A stretch of DNA of 64,000 nt from Alphaproteobacteria bacterium. Lineage in GTDB: Bacteria; Pseudomonadota; Alphaproteobacteria; MPNO01; UBA830. The notes under the pieces are model-generated. The model saw only the letters and a list, made by a program, of their open reading frames with translations, ran no database searches and was not told the origin of the DNA. This document shows, one piece after another, positions 1 to 11,865 of this stretch. Each line of letters begins with the position of its first letter. The first letter of the stretch is position 1. The stretch covers positions 64,001 to 128,000 of the forward strand of contig OZ219790.1 of the NCBI GenBank assembly GCA_964291215.2, given 5' to 3'. A program made the translations under genes and the position numbers.

Positions 1-407
1 CATAGCGGTATTTCCCAGATCTGGGTCAGGTCGCCCTTGCCGCGCTGAGCCGCCGCCTGCTCGCCCAGACGCCAGCAGATCAACGCTACGAAAACGAGCG
101 ACACCGCATAGGTAACCCCGTCGAACGCCGCTCGCCAGCGTGGCGGGAGGTGGGAGATGACGATGTCGACCCGGGTGTGGCCGCGCAGAAAGGTGGTCAG
201 GCCGATTGCCAGAAAGACCGTCAGCCCCATGATCAGTTCGGTGACCTCGACCTTGGCCGAAATCGGTGCGGACAGCAGCTCCCGGCCCAGTACGTCGACG
301 AACGTAAGGAGCGCCATCAGTCCGAGCATCACCGCACCGAGCCAGGCGAGGCGGGACGAGGCCCGTCCGGTCAGTGCGGCAAACCGGCCCGGCGAGGGTC
401 CGGTCAC
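1..407 (-). CDS. dctQ: TRAP transporter small permease (DctQ), runs off window edge
   Basis: Manual translation from GTG 407: ...MLGLMALLTFVDVLGRELLSAPISAKVEVTE...RGHTRVDIV...; hydrophobic, with the DctQ HxxVD motif; directly downstream of dctP. Confidence 0.85.
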   Translation of the reverse strand, partial: MTGPSPGRFAALTGRASSRLAWLGAVMLGLMALLTFVDVLGRELLSAPISAKVEVTELIMGLTVFLAIGLTTFLRGHTRVDIVISHLPPRWRAAFDGVTYAVSLVFVALICWRLGEQAAAQRGKGDLTQIWEIPL

Positions 408-433
408 GAAACCGGCGCCATTGCGGACGACGG

Positions 434-1447
434 CTAGCGGATGGACTTTACCGTGGCCTTCAGATCGGCCAGCAGCGCCTCGCCGTCATAACCTGCCTTG
501 TTCATCTTGGCGAGATACTCGGCGACGATCTTGTCGGTCCTCGCCGACCACTTCTTGAACTCCGCGGGCGTGATCTGTTCGATCGTGTTGCCATTGTCCT
601 CGGCGATCTTCTTCCCGATCTTGTCGCCCGCGTCCCAGTGCTTCCCGATCAGCTTGGCACCGGCGCGGCCTCCCGCTTTGTTCAGCGCGTCCTGCGCGTT
701 CTTGCTCAGCGAAGCCCATTTCTTCTTGTTCATCGTCAGAAAGAAGGGAACCGTGTACAGTCCGCCGGGCACCTGGAGGTGATGCGTGACGAGTTTCTCC
801 AGGCGGAACCCCCTGATCGCCTCGAACGGGAAGAACGCGCCCGCGGTGGTTCCGCGGAGCAGGCTTTCATGCGCCTTGGTCGCCGGCATCGCGACCGGAA
901 CCGCGCCCAGCTGCTTGGCGAGAAAGATGCCGCCCCCACCAACCCGGAGCTTCACCCCCTGGAGGTCTTCGAGCGTGGCGACCCTCTTCTTGGTGTGGAG
1001 TATGCCCGGCCCGTGAACCCATACCGTGAGCAGGTGGGTGTCCGCGAACTCCTTCGCGGCCAGGCCATTCTTCTCGTACCACATCCAGGCGGCCTGACTG
1101 CCCAGCTCGGCGCTCGGCGACAGGAAGGGCATCTCCCACAGGCGCAGCGCGACGAAACGGCCCGGGGTATAGGCGGGCACGCCCCAGGCGACATCGCGTA
1201 TGCCGTTGACCGCGAGGTCGTACTGCCCGGGCGGCTTGGCGAGCGCCGTCTTGTCGACCGTCAGCTTCAGCGTCCCGCCGGATGCCTTTTCTGCCGAGGC
1301 GGCCCAATCGGCGAGCGTGTTGGTCATGTGATGTACCGACGGCACCCAGTTGGCGATCCGAACGGTTTCCGCCTGGGCCGTAACCGATCCGAAGGCGGTC
1401 GCGGCGACGAGGGCCCCGGCGGCGAGATATTTTAACGTTCCAGACAT
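434..1447 (-). CDS. dctP: TRAP transporter substrate-binding protein (DctP)
   Basis: Signal peptide ending AQA; LEDLQGVKLRV motif; RBS GAAGGGAG before ATG 1447. Confidence 0.9.
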   Translation of the reverse strand: MSGTLKYLAAGALVAATAFGSVTAQAETVRIANWVPSVHHMTNTLADWAASAEKASGGTLKLTVDKTALAKPPGQYDLAVNGIRDVAWGVPAYTPGRFVALRLWEMPFLSPSAELGSQAAWMWYEKNGLAAKEFADTHLLTVWVHGPGILHTKKRVATLEDLQGVKLRVGGGGIFLAKQLGAVPVAMPATKAHESLLRGTTAGAFFPFEAIRGFRLEKLVTHHLQVPGGLYTVPFFLTMNKKKWASLSKNAQDALNKAGGRAGAKLIGKHWDAGDKIGKKIAEDNGNTIEQITPAEFKKWSARTDKIVAEYLAKMNKAGYDGEALLADLKATVKSIR

Positions 1448-1490
1448 GACGACTCCCTTCATTCGTTGAGATTCGATTTGCGCGTCCCCG

Positions 1491-2588
1491 TCATGACAGC
1501 CGAATGTGTTCGGCCGTGTTCGAAAGCCTGACGCCGCGGCGCCAATGCAGCGCGTGGGCGGTAGGCGGCCTCAAACCGTCATCTGCGAGCCAGAGGCGCC
1601 ACAGCAGTCGCTTCCGCTCCTGCTCCGGCCAGTCCTCGTATTCGTTTCGGGTGTGCAGTATGACGAAGTTGTTGAGAAACTGGATGTCGCCGACCTCGAA
1701 ATCGAGTTCGTAACGGTTTTCCTCCGCGAGATCCTCGGCCACGCGCAAGGCCTCGTGCTGCATGTCGGTCAGAGGCGTCGTCCCGGGCAGGTCGTGGCCC
1801 TTCAGGATGTGCGCCGGCCCGAACGAGGTGCACAGATAGCCATCCAGGAAATTGAACACCGGACTCTCGTAGTAGGCCGATTCCCCGGCGTCGACCTCGC
1901 CGTGCTTGGACCAGCAGAAGGGCTTCGTCAGCATCGGTACGAGATCGGGCCGGCGCGCCAGCAGGTCGTTGTAGACCGCGACCGAACTCGCGATCTTGGA
2001 CGTGCCTCCCGACTTCGAGGGGCGCAGGCACAACAGCCCGACGACGGTGCATTGGTCGCAGTGATAATCCATCGTCGCGCGCGTCTGATAACCCCGCACC
2101 TCCGGATCCCGGTAGTCCTTGCCCAGGTCCGTCACGTGCCCGATCAGATCGCCTTGCGGGTTGTTCGACAAGGGTTTGCCGAGCTGCCGCCCAATCGCCC
2201 AGTAGGCGATCGCCACATCGATGGGCTCCATGTTCCCGACCGGCAGGCCGCGCAGCATGATCACGCCGGCACCGTCTTTAAGCTCCCGGCGGATGTGGGG
2301 GAGCCTGTCCGCGAACCGGCCGAGGTCGAAGGCATCCGGGGGAATGTCGATGAGTCTGTCGGGGTCTTCTCCGACGACCGCCCTGGCCGTGCGGCACATC
2401 GCGAACAGCCCCTCGATCTCCCCGTCATCCAGATGCAGGAACCACCCGGTTCGCTCGGCCAGCTCGCTACCCCGCCATTCGGACGGGTCCGAGACCGGCT
2501 GTCCGAGCCGGGCGACGCCTCGTCGCCTTTCTATCTGGCCCTGCATGATTTCCGCGTCTCCGAGCATGGGTATTTCGAAAGATGCCAT
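1491..2588 (-). CDS. TauD/TfdA-family Fe(II)/2-oxoglutarate dioxygenase
   Basis: HxD (YHCD) and GDIQFLNN..ILHTR..Y.D...RLLWRLWL motifs; start uncertain. Confidence 0.85.
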   Translation of the reverse strand: MASFEIPMLGDAEIMQGQIERRRGVARLGQPVSDPSEWRGSELAERTGWFLHLDDGEIEGLFAMCRTARAVVGEDPDRLIDIPPDAFDLGRFADRLPHIRRELKDGAGVIMLRGLPVGNMEPIDVAIAYWAIGRQLGKPLSNNPQGDLIGHVTDLGKDYRDPEVRGYQTRATMDYHCDQCTVVGLLCLRPSKSGGTSKIASSVAVYNDLLARRPDLVPMLTKPFCWSKHGEVDAGESAYYESPVFNFLDGYLCTSFGPAHILKGHDLPGTTPLTDMQHEALRVAEDLAEENRYELDFEVGDIQFLNNFVILHTRNEYEDWPEQERKRLLWRLWLADDGLRPPTAHALHWRRGVRLSNTAEHIRLS

Positions 2589-2719
2589 ATAATATTTCGT
2601 TGTCCGGGCCGAGTCAAATTCGCGAGATATCTTGCGACAAGTCATCAAGAAAAACCATTCTGTTTGAACCACATGACGAATGACGGCCTAAAATAATACA
2701 TCCCCACTTCCAGTCTGAA

Positions 2720-2786
2720 GTGCAACATCCGGCCCTCATCTCCGTTCGGGCTACGCCCTCACTGCGATGAGGGCCGGATGTTGCAC
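2720..2786. repeat. Perfect 21-bp-stem hairpin overlapping an IS30-type terminal motif
   Basis: GTGCAACATCCGGCCCTCATC (2720-2740) and GATGAGGGCCGGATGTTGCAC (2766-2786). Confidence 0.9.
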
Positions 2787-2889
2787 AAATTTTCCCCCTC
2801 TGCCCCTCTCGATTCCGCCTGGGAACAGCTTCAGTTCCTTCAACATCGAGTTTATGCAACGCCTTTGTCGGCTTCAAGCCACTATTTCG
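2771..2889. repeat. ~120-bp dispersed repeat; inverted copy at 18039-18157
   Basis: Near-identical reverse complement (GAAATAGTGGCTTGAAGCCGACAAAGGCGTTGCATAA...TGTGCAACATCCGGCCC). Confidence 0.9.
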
Positions 2890-2900
2890 TCGTCTGTCGC

Positions 2901-3770
2901 TAACAAGCGATATGTCCGGTGGATGTAACATGCGATCTGTCCGGTTCAGATGCTTCAAAAATGAGGAAGCCGATGAAAGAGTGTTACAGGAATTACGGAT
3001 TATGAAGTTTGAAGAGTTGTATTCACGAAGGCGGGCGAAGCAGTTGAGCCAGTAGCAGGCCGCCGAGATTCTTGGTGTATCGGTGCGTCGCTGGGAGGAG
3101 AGGCGGAAGGAGCGGAAGGTCTTTATGGCAAGCGCCTTGGCCGTCTGGCTGGCAACCGCGTTCCGGTCGATACAGTGACGGAGGTTCTGGAGTTGTTCGA
3201 CACCCGGGACTACACGGCCAGGCATTTCCACGAGAAGCTGGTCAAGGACCACGGGTTCACGCACAGCTACAACTGGGTGCGCCTGACGCTTCAGGCCAAC
3301 GGCCGGACCAGAGCGGGTGCGCATCGCCGCAAGCGTGCTCCGGGCGGGCATGATGGTGCGGCTCCACTCACGAATGGGCGCCCGGACAGTCGTGGGATCT
3401 GACCATGCCACCAGCGAGATCTGCTCGGCCTTCTTCGTCCCCGAAGAGGGCACGATGAGCACCTTTCAGCGCATCCAGGTTGAGGCCAAGGTTCTGTTCG
3501 CTTTACGCCGATCGGGGGTCGCACACACGCCGGAAGCCGGCGGCAAGGTCGACAAGGACAAGCTGACCCAGGTGGGCCGGGCGCTCCGCATTGAACTGAT
3601 TCCCGCCTATTCGCCTGAGGGCCGCTCGGAGCGCATGTTCGGCACACTGCAGAAGCGTCTGCCGCAGGAATTGCGTACACAGGGCATCGAGACGATGGAC
3701 GAAGCCAATCTCTTTCTCAAGGATGTCTTCCTGCCCGATCACAACACCCGGTTCATGTGCAAGCCGGAAG
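2901..3770 (+). pseudogene. Degraded ISNCY/IS481-like DDE transposase
   Basis: QAAEILGVS HTH, HFHEKL, IPAYSPEGRSERMFGTLQKRLPQELR; stops and frameshifts; truncated by an IS66 end at 3771. Confidence 0.75.
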
Positions 3771-3937
3771 GTATCTACTCACCCCTAGTTGGTTTCTGAT
3801 TGGTCGTAGTGCTCGTTGATGATGTCTGCGGCTTTTCCGTCGAGGACGATCTGGGTTGCGACGTGATGATTGTAGCCGAGTGCCGCCATGGAGGTGAGGT
3901 AGCTTGAGCCCCGGCACCATGCTTTTGCGTGGAGCGG
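3771..3937 (-). mobile_element. IS66-family right-end fragment
   Basis: Begins GTATCTACTCACCCC; matches the 3' end of the full copies. Confidence 0.85.
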
Positions 3938-5457
3938 GTAACTGCTCACCCCCTGGTTCCGGCTTGATGTCGGGGTAGAGCAACGAACGGGTTTTCGTGG
4001 AGATTTGACACTGCAGGCCGATTCGTTTAGTGGTGGTAATCGAGAACGACGGGGACCGCCAGTGGGCTACTTTGGATCGAAGGCGACGAGCGGGCTGTGC
4101 CAGCTGCTTCCGGGGCTCCAGCCCCCGCATGATCTGTATGTGGAAACGCATCTCGGAGGCGGCGCGCTGATGAAGCGCAAGGCCGGGTGATGGCGACGGG
4201 CGGCGCGCGAGGAGTTCGAAGCGGCCAAGGCGCTGCGTGCGGCCGGCAAGGTGCCGAAAGAGGCCGTGATCCGCGTCTTCGTCATCCTGCTCGACATCCT
4301 CATCGTCGTCCTTCTGGAGAAGACCACGCACGAGCCGGAACTCCGGTCTGCCGCCGTCACAGACGGACAAGAGCGTGCCGGGAGCAAGGGCCCGAAGCCA
4401 AACCGGCAGATGGGCGACAACCTGCGCAAGACTATCGTCGAGGAGACGGTCGCGGCCTGCGACGCCTGCGGCGCCGACATCGACGGCCCCGTCGATCGGG
4501 AGCGCCGCGTCCTCTATGACATCGTGTTCGAGGTCGTCGAGCGCCGCGTCGACGTCGAGGAATGCCCGAAGTGCAAGGCCCGAACCAAGGGCCGGTTCCC
4601 CGACAACATCCCGTGCAGTACGGCATCGACATCCAAGCCCTCGTCATCAACCTGCTGGTCGCCCAGATGCTGTCCCTGCGCCGTCGCGCTCGTGCAGGCG
4701 ATCTCCGGCATCAAGCTCTCCGAGGCCTCGGCTATGCTTTCACGATGTGTCATGGGAGGAGGCCGCCGTGGCGCACCTCCTGCAACGCCCGATGTCGATG
4801 ATTTCGGATCAACAGTAAGTGGCTCCATGTCGTGGGACCCTGACGTGCAAGTTCCCGCACCGCAAGCGCGGGCAAGAGATCGGCCCGTGCTACAAGGGCG
4901 TCCTGGGCCTCGTACATGGGCCAGTGTAGCCACCAGTTGTGCGGCAGCCACCTGCTGCGCGAACTGACCTTTGTCGTCGAGGCTACCGCTGGGCGCGACT
5001 GATGAAGAGCCTGCTCCGCGAGGTCTGCCACAAGATCAACAAGAGCGCATCCAAGACCCTGAACGACGCCGGGCGCAAGCGCTACCGCACCATCAGGGCG
5101 CCAGGGAACTGCCCGATATCCCGCCGCCGCCGAAAGGAAAACGTGGACGCAAGTCCGACGCGCACAACCTGCACGAACGTCTCGTGAAACACGAAAACCT
5201 GCGCTTCACAGACGACCCCGATGTCAGCTTCACCAACAATGCCGGAGAACAGAAGATCAGGATGGCAAAGGTCAAGGTGTCCGGATGCTTCCGCTCCACG
5301 CAAAAGTATGGTGCCGGGGCTCAAGCTACCTCACCTCCATGGCCGCACTCGGCTACAATCATCACGTCGCAACCCAGATCGCCCTTGACGGAAAAGTCGC
5401 AGACATCATCAACGAGCACTACGACCAATCAGAACCCAACTAGGGGTGAGTAGATAC
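3938..5457 (+). mobile_element. IS66-family (ISBst12-like) element copy A, transposase degraded, with Dam-like MTase remnant
   Basis: TIRs GTAACTGCTCACCCC / GTATCTACTCACCCC; CxxC ribbon, CGSHLLREL, FTNN..EQ..RMAKVK..SGCFRS; no matching TSD. Confidence 0.85.
4062..4190 (+). pseudogene. Remnant of a D12-class (Dam-like) DNA adenine methylase inside IS66
   Basis: GYFGSKATSGLCQ...PPHDLYVETHLGGGALMKRK; present in all four full copies; TTGACA-N17-TAGTGG upstream. Confidence 0.65.
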
Positions 5458-5801
5458 AATTTATTTTAGCGAGAACCCTTACCTGAACCGGCGGAGACGC
5501 CCCTGTGGTGAGCTCCGTGGAGCTTTGGCTGCACATGCGGCCTTGACGGAACAGAGTTCCGGCCAGCCAAGCCGCGCCAGTGACTTGGCATAACGGCAAA
5601 GTCGAATGTCTACTCTTGTGCCGGCAATCGCCTGTGCAACTCAAGCCCTTGCATAAGAATCGTGTTGGCATGGTTGAAATTCTCAGGCTACCCCTGAAGC
5701 TGGTACGCCCATTTCTCGCCGTGAAAAAGATTACTCCGAAAACGGTAGGCGATGATGAGCAAAGCTGCCGCGATCTCAAAATGCTCCGCAGCGTCATTCC
5801 C

Positions 5802-7066
5802 TAGTAGTCTAACATTATTGGATTGACGGATATAGTGACTTCAGTTTCGTCCGGGCATCCTTCGTCGTGAAACGCCAGTCGACAGTGACATCGGCCGCAT
5901 TGCGGCGCTCGACCCACGCCATGGTCTCCCGCAGCATGGTGTCGCGGTCGGGAATGCGTCGCCGAAGGCATTGCCGCGACAGCGCACCGATCTCGATCTC
6001 GGCCATGTTGAGCCAGCTTCCGTGCTTCGGCGTATAGCGAAACTCGAACCGCTTTCGCACCCGCCTCCTCGGGCTCGAAGGCTTCATACAGCGACTGTGC
6101 GTGTTCAGATTGTCCAGCAAGATCTTCCTGTCGGGGGAATGGTCGTCGGCAAGCTCCTGGATGAAGTGCGCCCAGTCCCGCGACGGTCGGTGACTTTCAC
6201 CGTGCGCCAGTTCTCGTTGGGCGCAAAGGCCATGAAGAGGTTGGCCGTGCCGTTGCGCTCATATTCATAGTCGACCACCTCCGGCTGACCGGGGGATGCG
6301 GGTTTCCTGCTGCCGGCTGGTCTCAGCACCTCGTCCCTGGCAAAGTCCCGCTGATAAATGTCAAGCACATCCTCCATCGCCGCCACGAGCTGTGCGCTCC
6401 GGTGCGGTGGAATGCACCAGTACTGCTTCAGCCACGGCTTGATCTCCTTTTTTTTAGCGTCTTCCTGACCGTCTCTTCCGAAATGCTCTCGACGATCTCC
6501 ACCAGACGGCCGGCAAGCAGCGTCCACAGCCCTCGGGCGGGGACGAGCAGGCCAGAGCGACCAGCTTCGCCTCCATCGCCCCGTCCAGCCGTTTCGGCCG
6601 ACGGTTCACCTGCTCCTTGCGGCTGAGGGCGGCGTCCAACCCCTCCAGGACGCAGCGCTTGCGCAAACGCTCGACCGTCGCCGTGCCGATGCCCAGCCCT
6701 TGCGCAATGTCGGCATCGACAGACCGAGCGCCGTCGCGCCCCTCGTCGGCCAACATCAGGATTTGTGCCCGGCGCCGACGCCAGGCGGCCCCGGTGCCGT
6801 CGACGATCGCCTTCAGATCCTGGCGCTTCTGCGCTGAAAGGGTCACGCGGTAGAGCTTCCTGCCCCGAGAGTTGGCCATATGCGCCGCTCCTGTCATTGC
6901 GCCGAAGACCTGCGGGCATGCCCGTTGTCCGGACCTGCACATGGGGCTGCGGCTGCCTGCCTGTTCGGCATCTGCCCGTGTGGATGGCACTGTCCGGATT
7001 CCAACGAACGCCGACACGGAAATACTACCCACAAAAAACCATCAATACAATGCCGGTGGACTACTA
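5802..7066 (-). mobile_element. IS630-family element, degraded
   Basis: CTAG at both ends (5801-5804, 7064-7067); DNLNTH, YTPKHGSWLNMAEIE, DYEYERNGT motifs. Confidence 0.9.
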
Positions 7067-7135
7067 GAACCTTTCGTGCGAGAGTAGGTTGGTCGCCGTT
7101 CCGGAGGTTGAGATGATCGAAATGATAGGTAAATG

Positions 7136-8635
7136 GTATCTACTCACCCCTTGTTGGGTTCTGATTCATAGTGCTCGTTGATGATGTCTGCGGCTTTTCC
7201 GTCGAGGGCGATCTGGGTGGCGACGAGTGGGTTGTAGCCGAGTGCGGCCATGGAGGTGAGGTAGCTTGAGCCCCGGCACCATGCTTTTGCGTGGAGCGGA
7301 AGCATCCGGACACCTTGACCTTTGCCATCCTGATTTTCTATTCTCCGGCATTGTTGGTGAAGCTGACGTTGGGGTCGTCTGTGAAGCGCAGGTTTTCGTG
7401 TTTCACGAGACGTTCGTGCAGGTTGTGCGCGTCGGACTTGCGTCCACGTTTTCCTTTCGTCGGGATGTCGGGCAGTTCCCTGGCGCCCTGATGGTGCGGT
7501 AGCGCTTGCGCCCGGCGTCGTTCAGGGTTTTTGGATGCGCTCTTGTTGACCTTGTGGCAGACCTCGCGAAGCAGGCTCTTCATCAGTCGCGCGGTAGCCT
7601 CGACGACAAAGGTCAGTTCGCGCAGCAGGTGGCTGCCGCACAACTGGTGGCTACACTGGCCCATGTACGAGGCCCAGGACGCCCTTGTAGCACGGGCCGA
7701 TCTCTTGCCCGCGCTTGCGGTGCGGGAACTTGCACGTCAGGGTCCCACGACATGGAGCCACTTACTGTTGATCCGAAATCGTCGACATCGGGCGTTGCAG
7801 GAGGTGCGCCACGGCGGCCTCCTCCCATGACGCATCGTGAAAGCATAGCCGAGGCAGGTTGCCTCGGAGAGCTTGATGCCGGAGATCGCCTGCACGAACG
7901 CGACGGCACGGCGCAGGGATAGCATCTGGGCGACCAGCAGGTTGATGACGAGGGCCTGGATGCCGTACTGCACGGGATGTTGTCGGGGAACCGGCCCTTG
8001 CACTTCGGGCATTCCTCGGCGCGGCGCTCGACGACCTCGAACACGATGTCATAGAGGACGCGGCGCTCCCGATCGACGGGGCCGTCGATGTCAGCGCCGC
8101 AGGCGTCGCAGGCCGCAACTGTTTCCTCGACGATGGTCTTGCGCAGGTTGTCGCCCATCTGCCGGTTCGGCTTCGGGCCCTTGCCGTTGCTTCCGGCACG
8201 CTCTTGTCCGTCTGTGACGGCGGCAGACCGGAGTTCCGGCTCGTGCGTGGTCTTCTCCAGAAGGACGACGATGAGGATGTCGAGCAGGATGACGAGGACG
8301 CGGATCACGGCCTCTTCCGCCACCTTGCCGGCAGCGCCGCGGTCTTGGCCGCTTCGAACTCCTCGCGCGCCGCCCGTCGCCATCACCCGGCCTTGCGCTT
8401 CATCAGCGCGCCGCCTCCGAGATGCGTTTCCACATACAGATCATGCGGAGGCTGGAGCCCCGGAAGCAGCTGGCACAGCCCGCTCGTCGCCTTCGATCCA
8501 AAGTAGCCCACTGGCGGTCCCCGTCGTTCTCGATGACCACCACTAAGCGAATCGGCATGCAGTGTCAAATCTCCACGAAACCCCGTTTGTTGCTCTACCC
8601 CGACATCAAGCCGGAACCAGGGGGTGAGCAGTTAC
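7136..8635 (-). mobile_element. IS66-family element copy B with 8-bp TSD
   Basis: Same TIRs as copy A; TSD GGTAAATG at 7128-7135 and 8636-8643. Confidence 0.92.
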
Positions 8636-8886
8636 GGTAAATGTACCGTCGCGATAGTACCTGTTCCAGAAGTGCGCCAACTGTGGTTCGAACGATTTCT
8701 CGGTGATCAGATGGACATCTGCCCACTGTCGCGCGATCGCGACAATGGCAGCTACATCGCCGCGTTTGTTAAGCGCCTCGGATTCGAACAGGCTCCACAG
8801 AAACGAGAAATGCTTGACAGCTTCTCGCTCTTCCTGAGAAAGTGCGGGAAAATCCGGCGCATACCTTTCAAGCCAATCCATCGGGG

Positions 8887-11538
8887 TCATTGCAGCCAGT
8901 CGATCTTGTCCTGGCGCTGCTTGATGTCTTCGACCCAGCTCCGCAGCGTCGTGATCTCATTCTGAACGGCGTCGGGTTTCGGCAGCGGCGGATTAAGGGC
9001 ATCCGCCGAACTGTGCAACAGCGTCGAACAACGCCCGTATGCCTGGCGCATCCCGGTACAGTCATCCATCATCAACGTCGTGACCTTGGCCAAACCTTTG
9101 GTCTCCACTTTGTTCGACAGGCGCTTGATGACCGGCCCGACAGCTTCCTCGACGGCACGCTCCCAAGTCCAGCGCAAGCGTTTTTGCAGCGCGTCCACCG
9201 TTCTTTCCCATTTGTCGTGATCGCCGTTCTCATACAGGCCCTTCTCATTATCGAGCTGCTTCTGCATGCCCTCAATAACCTTCTCGATCGGCTGGGCACG
9301 CGCGGGCGGGTCCTGCTGGACAAATCCAACGTAATCGTCGGTCCGGGTGACAGAGCGAAAAGCCACATGAGTACCCTTGTCGCGGCATGCTTGGTCGAGC
9401 AGGAAGAGGAAGGCGATATCGTGCGTCAGCACGATGATCTGCCGGTGTTTCCCTTCGTCGGCCAGCCGTTCCGCTACCGCATCGCGGTGCATGTGATCAA
9501 GCGACGATACCGGGTCGTCGAACACGATCGCGGAGCGACTTTCGGTCGTCGCGAGTTCGGCCAGGAACGCCGCCAGCGCGACGCAACGATGTTCCCCCTC
9601 GCTCAGAATCTCGCCGACACGGGCGTCCGGCTTGCGGATCAGGCTGACACGAAAATGCGGAACGCCATAACTCGTCTTCTCCTTGCGCAGCTCGATCGCC
9701 AGCCCGGCGACGCCGAACTTGTCGATCTCTTTCGAGAACTGGGCGCGCAGCGCGTTTGTGACGAGCTGCTCGGCGAGCTCACCGCTCTTTGTCGTGATCC
9801 GGTTCGTCGTGGTGTCTTTCGACACGGCATCGAGCACGGCGCGCTTCTTCCGGCGACCAATCTCTGCGATGACATCTTCCTGTATCACTACCAGCCATTC
9901 GCGGTCGGCCAACTCTTCGAACTCTGCGCGCATCTGCTTATGTTCTTCGGACTCGTCCTCCGCACGCAACGCGCTGATTCGTGCCAATAGAGCGGCGCTG
10001 TGCACTGCGATAAGTTCGGAGGGCCACGCCTCGGCCACCGGAAGCGGATCGGCTTCGTCCCCCTTCGTGTGATTGCGTAGGATCTCGCGCAGCCGGCACT
10101 TCAGCGTGACGGCAGCCCGGCGGACAGACACCGCAAGCTCACCATCGTTTAACTCGTCGCGGACGAAGGCGACAGCCGCCGGAATATCGCCGGCTGGGAC
10201 ATCGGAATCGACCAGTTTATCCAACGCGGCGCGGTACGCCGCTGCGGCTTGTTCTTCCCTCCGCTTGGTTTCGTCCTTCACGAAACCCTCGAAACGCGCA
10301 AGCCGGTCAGCCGCTTCTTCGTCGAGTTCCTGCTGGCACAGCACGCAGTGCGCACCGTCCACAGTCACAGGAAACGGCCTATCCGGGTATGCCTGCTGCT
10401 CCGAATAGCTTCGCGCCGCCTCCCAGAGCCCGCGCCACACATCGGAGCCGACATCCGGTAGCGGCTCATCGGCGAAGAGGTCACCGGCGGCAGCCATGGC
10501 GGTGGCCTGTGCCGTTCGGTGCGCCTGATACAACGCCGTAAGGCGGCTGGCTTGTGCGTCACTAACCGCCGTGTGTAAAGCCTCAAACGCCGTATTGACC
10601 GCGTCGAGCCGGTTCTTCAGTGCCTCGACTTGGCGCACCACCTTGGCAGGGTCGGTGCCCAGGTCGGTTTTCAGCGTGCCAAGCCGCACCTTCTCCTTCT
10701 CGTCGAGCGTCGCTAGGTCGCGAACGTCCTGTTCCTTCGTTTCACCGTTGAGTCCCGTGATCAACTTGCCGACCGTCGTATTGTCATGGCATTCCGGCTT
10801 CGTGATCGCCTCGGGAGTCTGATGTTTTAGTTCGCGGAGTTCCGCGGTGATGCGCCTCTTGATTATCTGGCAGGCTTCGGCGAGTCGCTCTAACACGCGC
10901 ATCGGGAACGGCGTATAGGCGACATCGTTCAGCTCATCGACATGCACGTTGGCGGTGCGACTATCGAACACGCTGATCGAGGATAAGAGCGGATCGCCAG
11001 GGTCGTCCGCTGTCCAGTTCTCGCTCTTGTTGTGCCCATTGGCGCTGAAGTCGATTACTGCCCTTTGTTGCTCAGTCTTCGTTGCGTAGATATTCGGCAG
11101 TATTAGGTCGCCCTTCGGTGGCGTGCGGGCCCGGCAGACCTTCTTCAGAACACGCGCGTAACCGGACTTGCCCGACCCGTTATCACCGTACACGACCGTC
11201 AACCCGGCTTTGTCGAAGGTTAGGCGTTCGCCGGCTTTCAGTGCATTGATGTTTTCGGCGTCATGAATGGCCCGAAGATTGACGGCAGTTGTGGCCACCT
11301 GGGGATCGGGGATGTGTTCGGCGGCGATGGGAACGCTGCCTTTGCCGTTGCTCTTGCATAGAGCCGTTAGCTCGTCCAGGTCAGCATCTTCCAGCATGTC
11401 CTTCGTGCATAGGCGGCGCAGTGCATCGCGCTGCCATGCCGGGCAGTCTTTCGACTAGGCCAAGATATCGGCCAGGGCTAGGGCCTCGCTGGCGATCTCT
11501 TTCTGCTGATTTTCTAAGTCTTCGGCTATGTCAGCCAT
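8887..11538 (-). CDS. RloC/Rad50-like ABC ATPase with zinc hook and HEPN-like C-terminus; amber stop at codon 28
   Basis: Walker A GDNGSGKS, hook CVLC, signature LSEGE, Walker B FDDP, H-loop THD, C-terminal LRWTWERAVEE...RCSTLLH; N-terminus ILA*SKDCPAWQRDALRRL (TAG 11457-11455); an 836-aa ORF remains from ATG 11397. Confidence 0.8.
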
Positions 11539-11613
11539 TTCCAATCAACCTGTTTCGAGTTATTGCACGCCCTGAGCTGTCCTGGTGTGCCGCGCTGGCA
11601 TCGCTTGGAACCC

Positions 11614-11865
11614 CTAGATCGCTTTGATCTCCTCAAAATCTTCCGCAGTCTTTTCTAGAATTCGCTGAAAGCATTCGTCACAAACCCGCTTGGCTGTAGA
11701 ATAGGCGCTGCCTAGTTTCGGGATCGATATACAGGTATCTCCGGCGGCGAACAGGGCATGACATCGTGAGCACTTGCTTTGCCGCTGCACGGGTACGCGC
11801 TTGGGTCTGCCATTCGCTCCGCCGATTAATGACGGCACAGGCCCTCTAGGCTTCCTTCTGTTCAT
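11614..11865 (-). CDS. Small Cys-rich (CxxC...CxxC) zinc-finger protein, 83 aa
   Basis: CSRC...C...CDEC; start overlaps the 3' end of the helicase gene by 20 nt. Confidence 0.7.
   Translation of the reverse strand: MNRRKPRGPVPSLIGGANGRPKRVPVQRQSKCSRCHALFAAGDTCISIPKLGSAYSTAKRVCDECFQRILEKTAEDFEEIKAI

Larger units (their letters stand above)
5610..8890 (-). pseudogene. HEPN-domain protein (~169 aa) split into three pieces by IS66 and IS630
   Basis: Joining 8890-8636, 7127-7065 and 5801-5610 gives an in-frame ...FSFLWSLFE...DGTFT|YHFDHLNLRNGDQPTLARKVL|GND...IIAYRFRSNLFHGEKW; RxxxxH motif; internal TAG at 5690-5688. Confidence 0.85.

Noticed and set aside
4005-5453. Many 60-250 aa ORFs within IS copies as novel small proteins
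   Set aside because: They are frameshifted fragments or alternate frames of decayed transposases.
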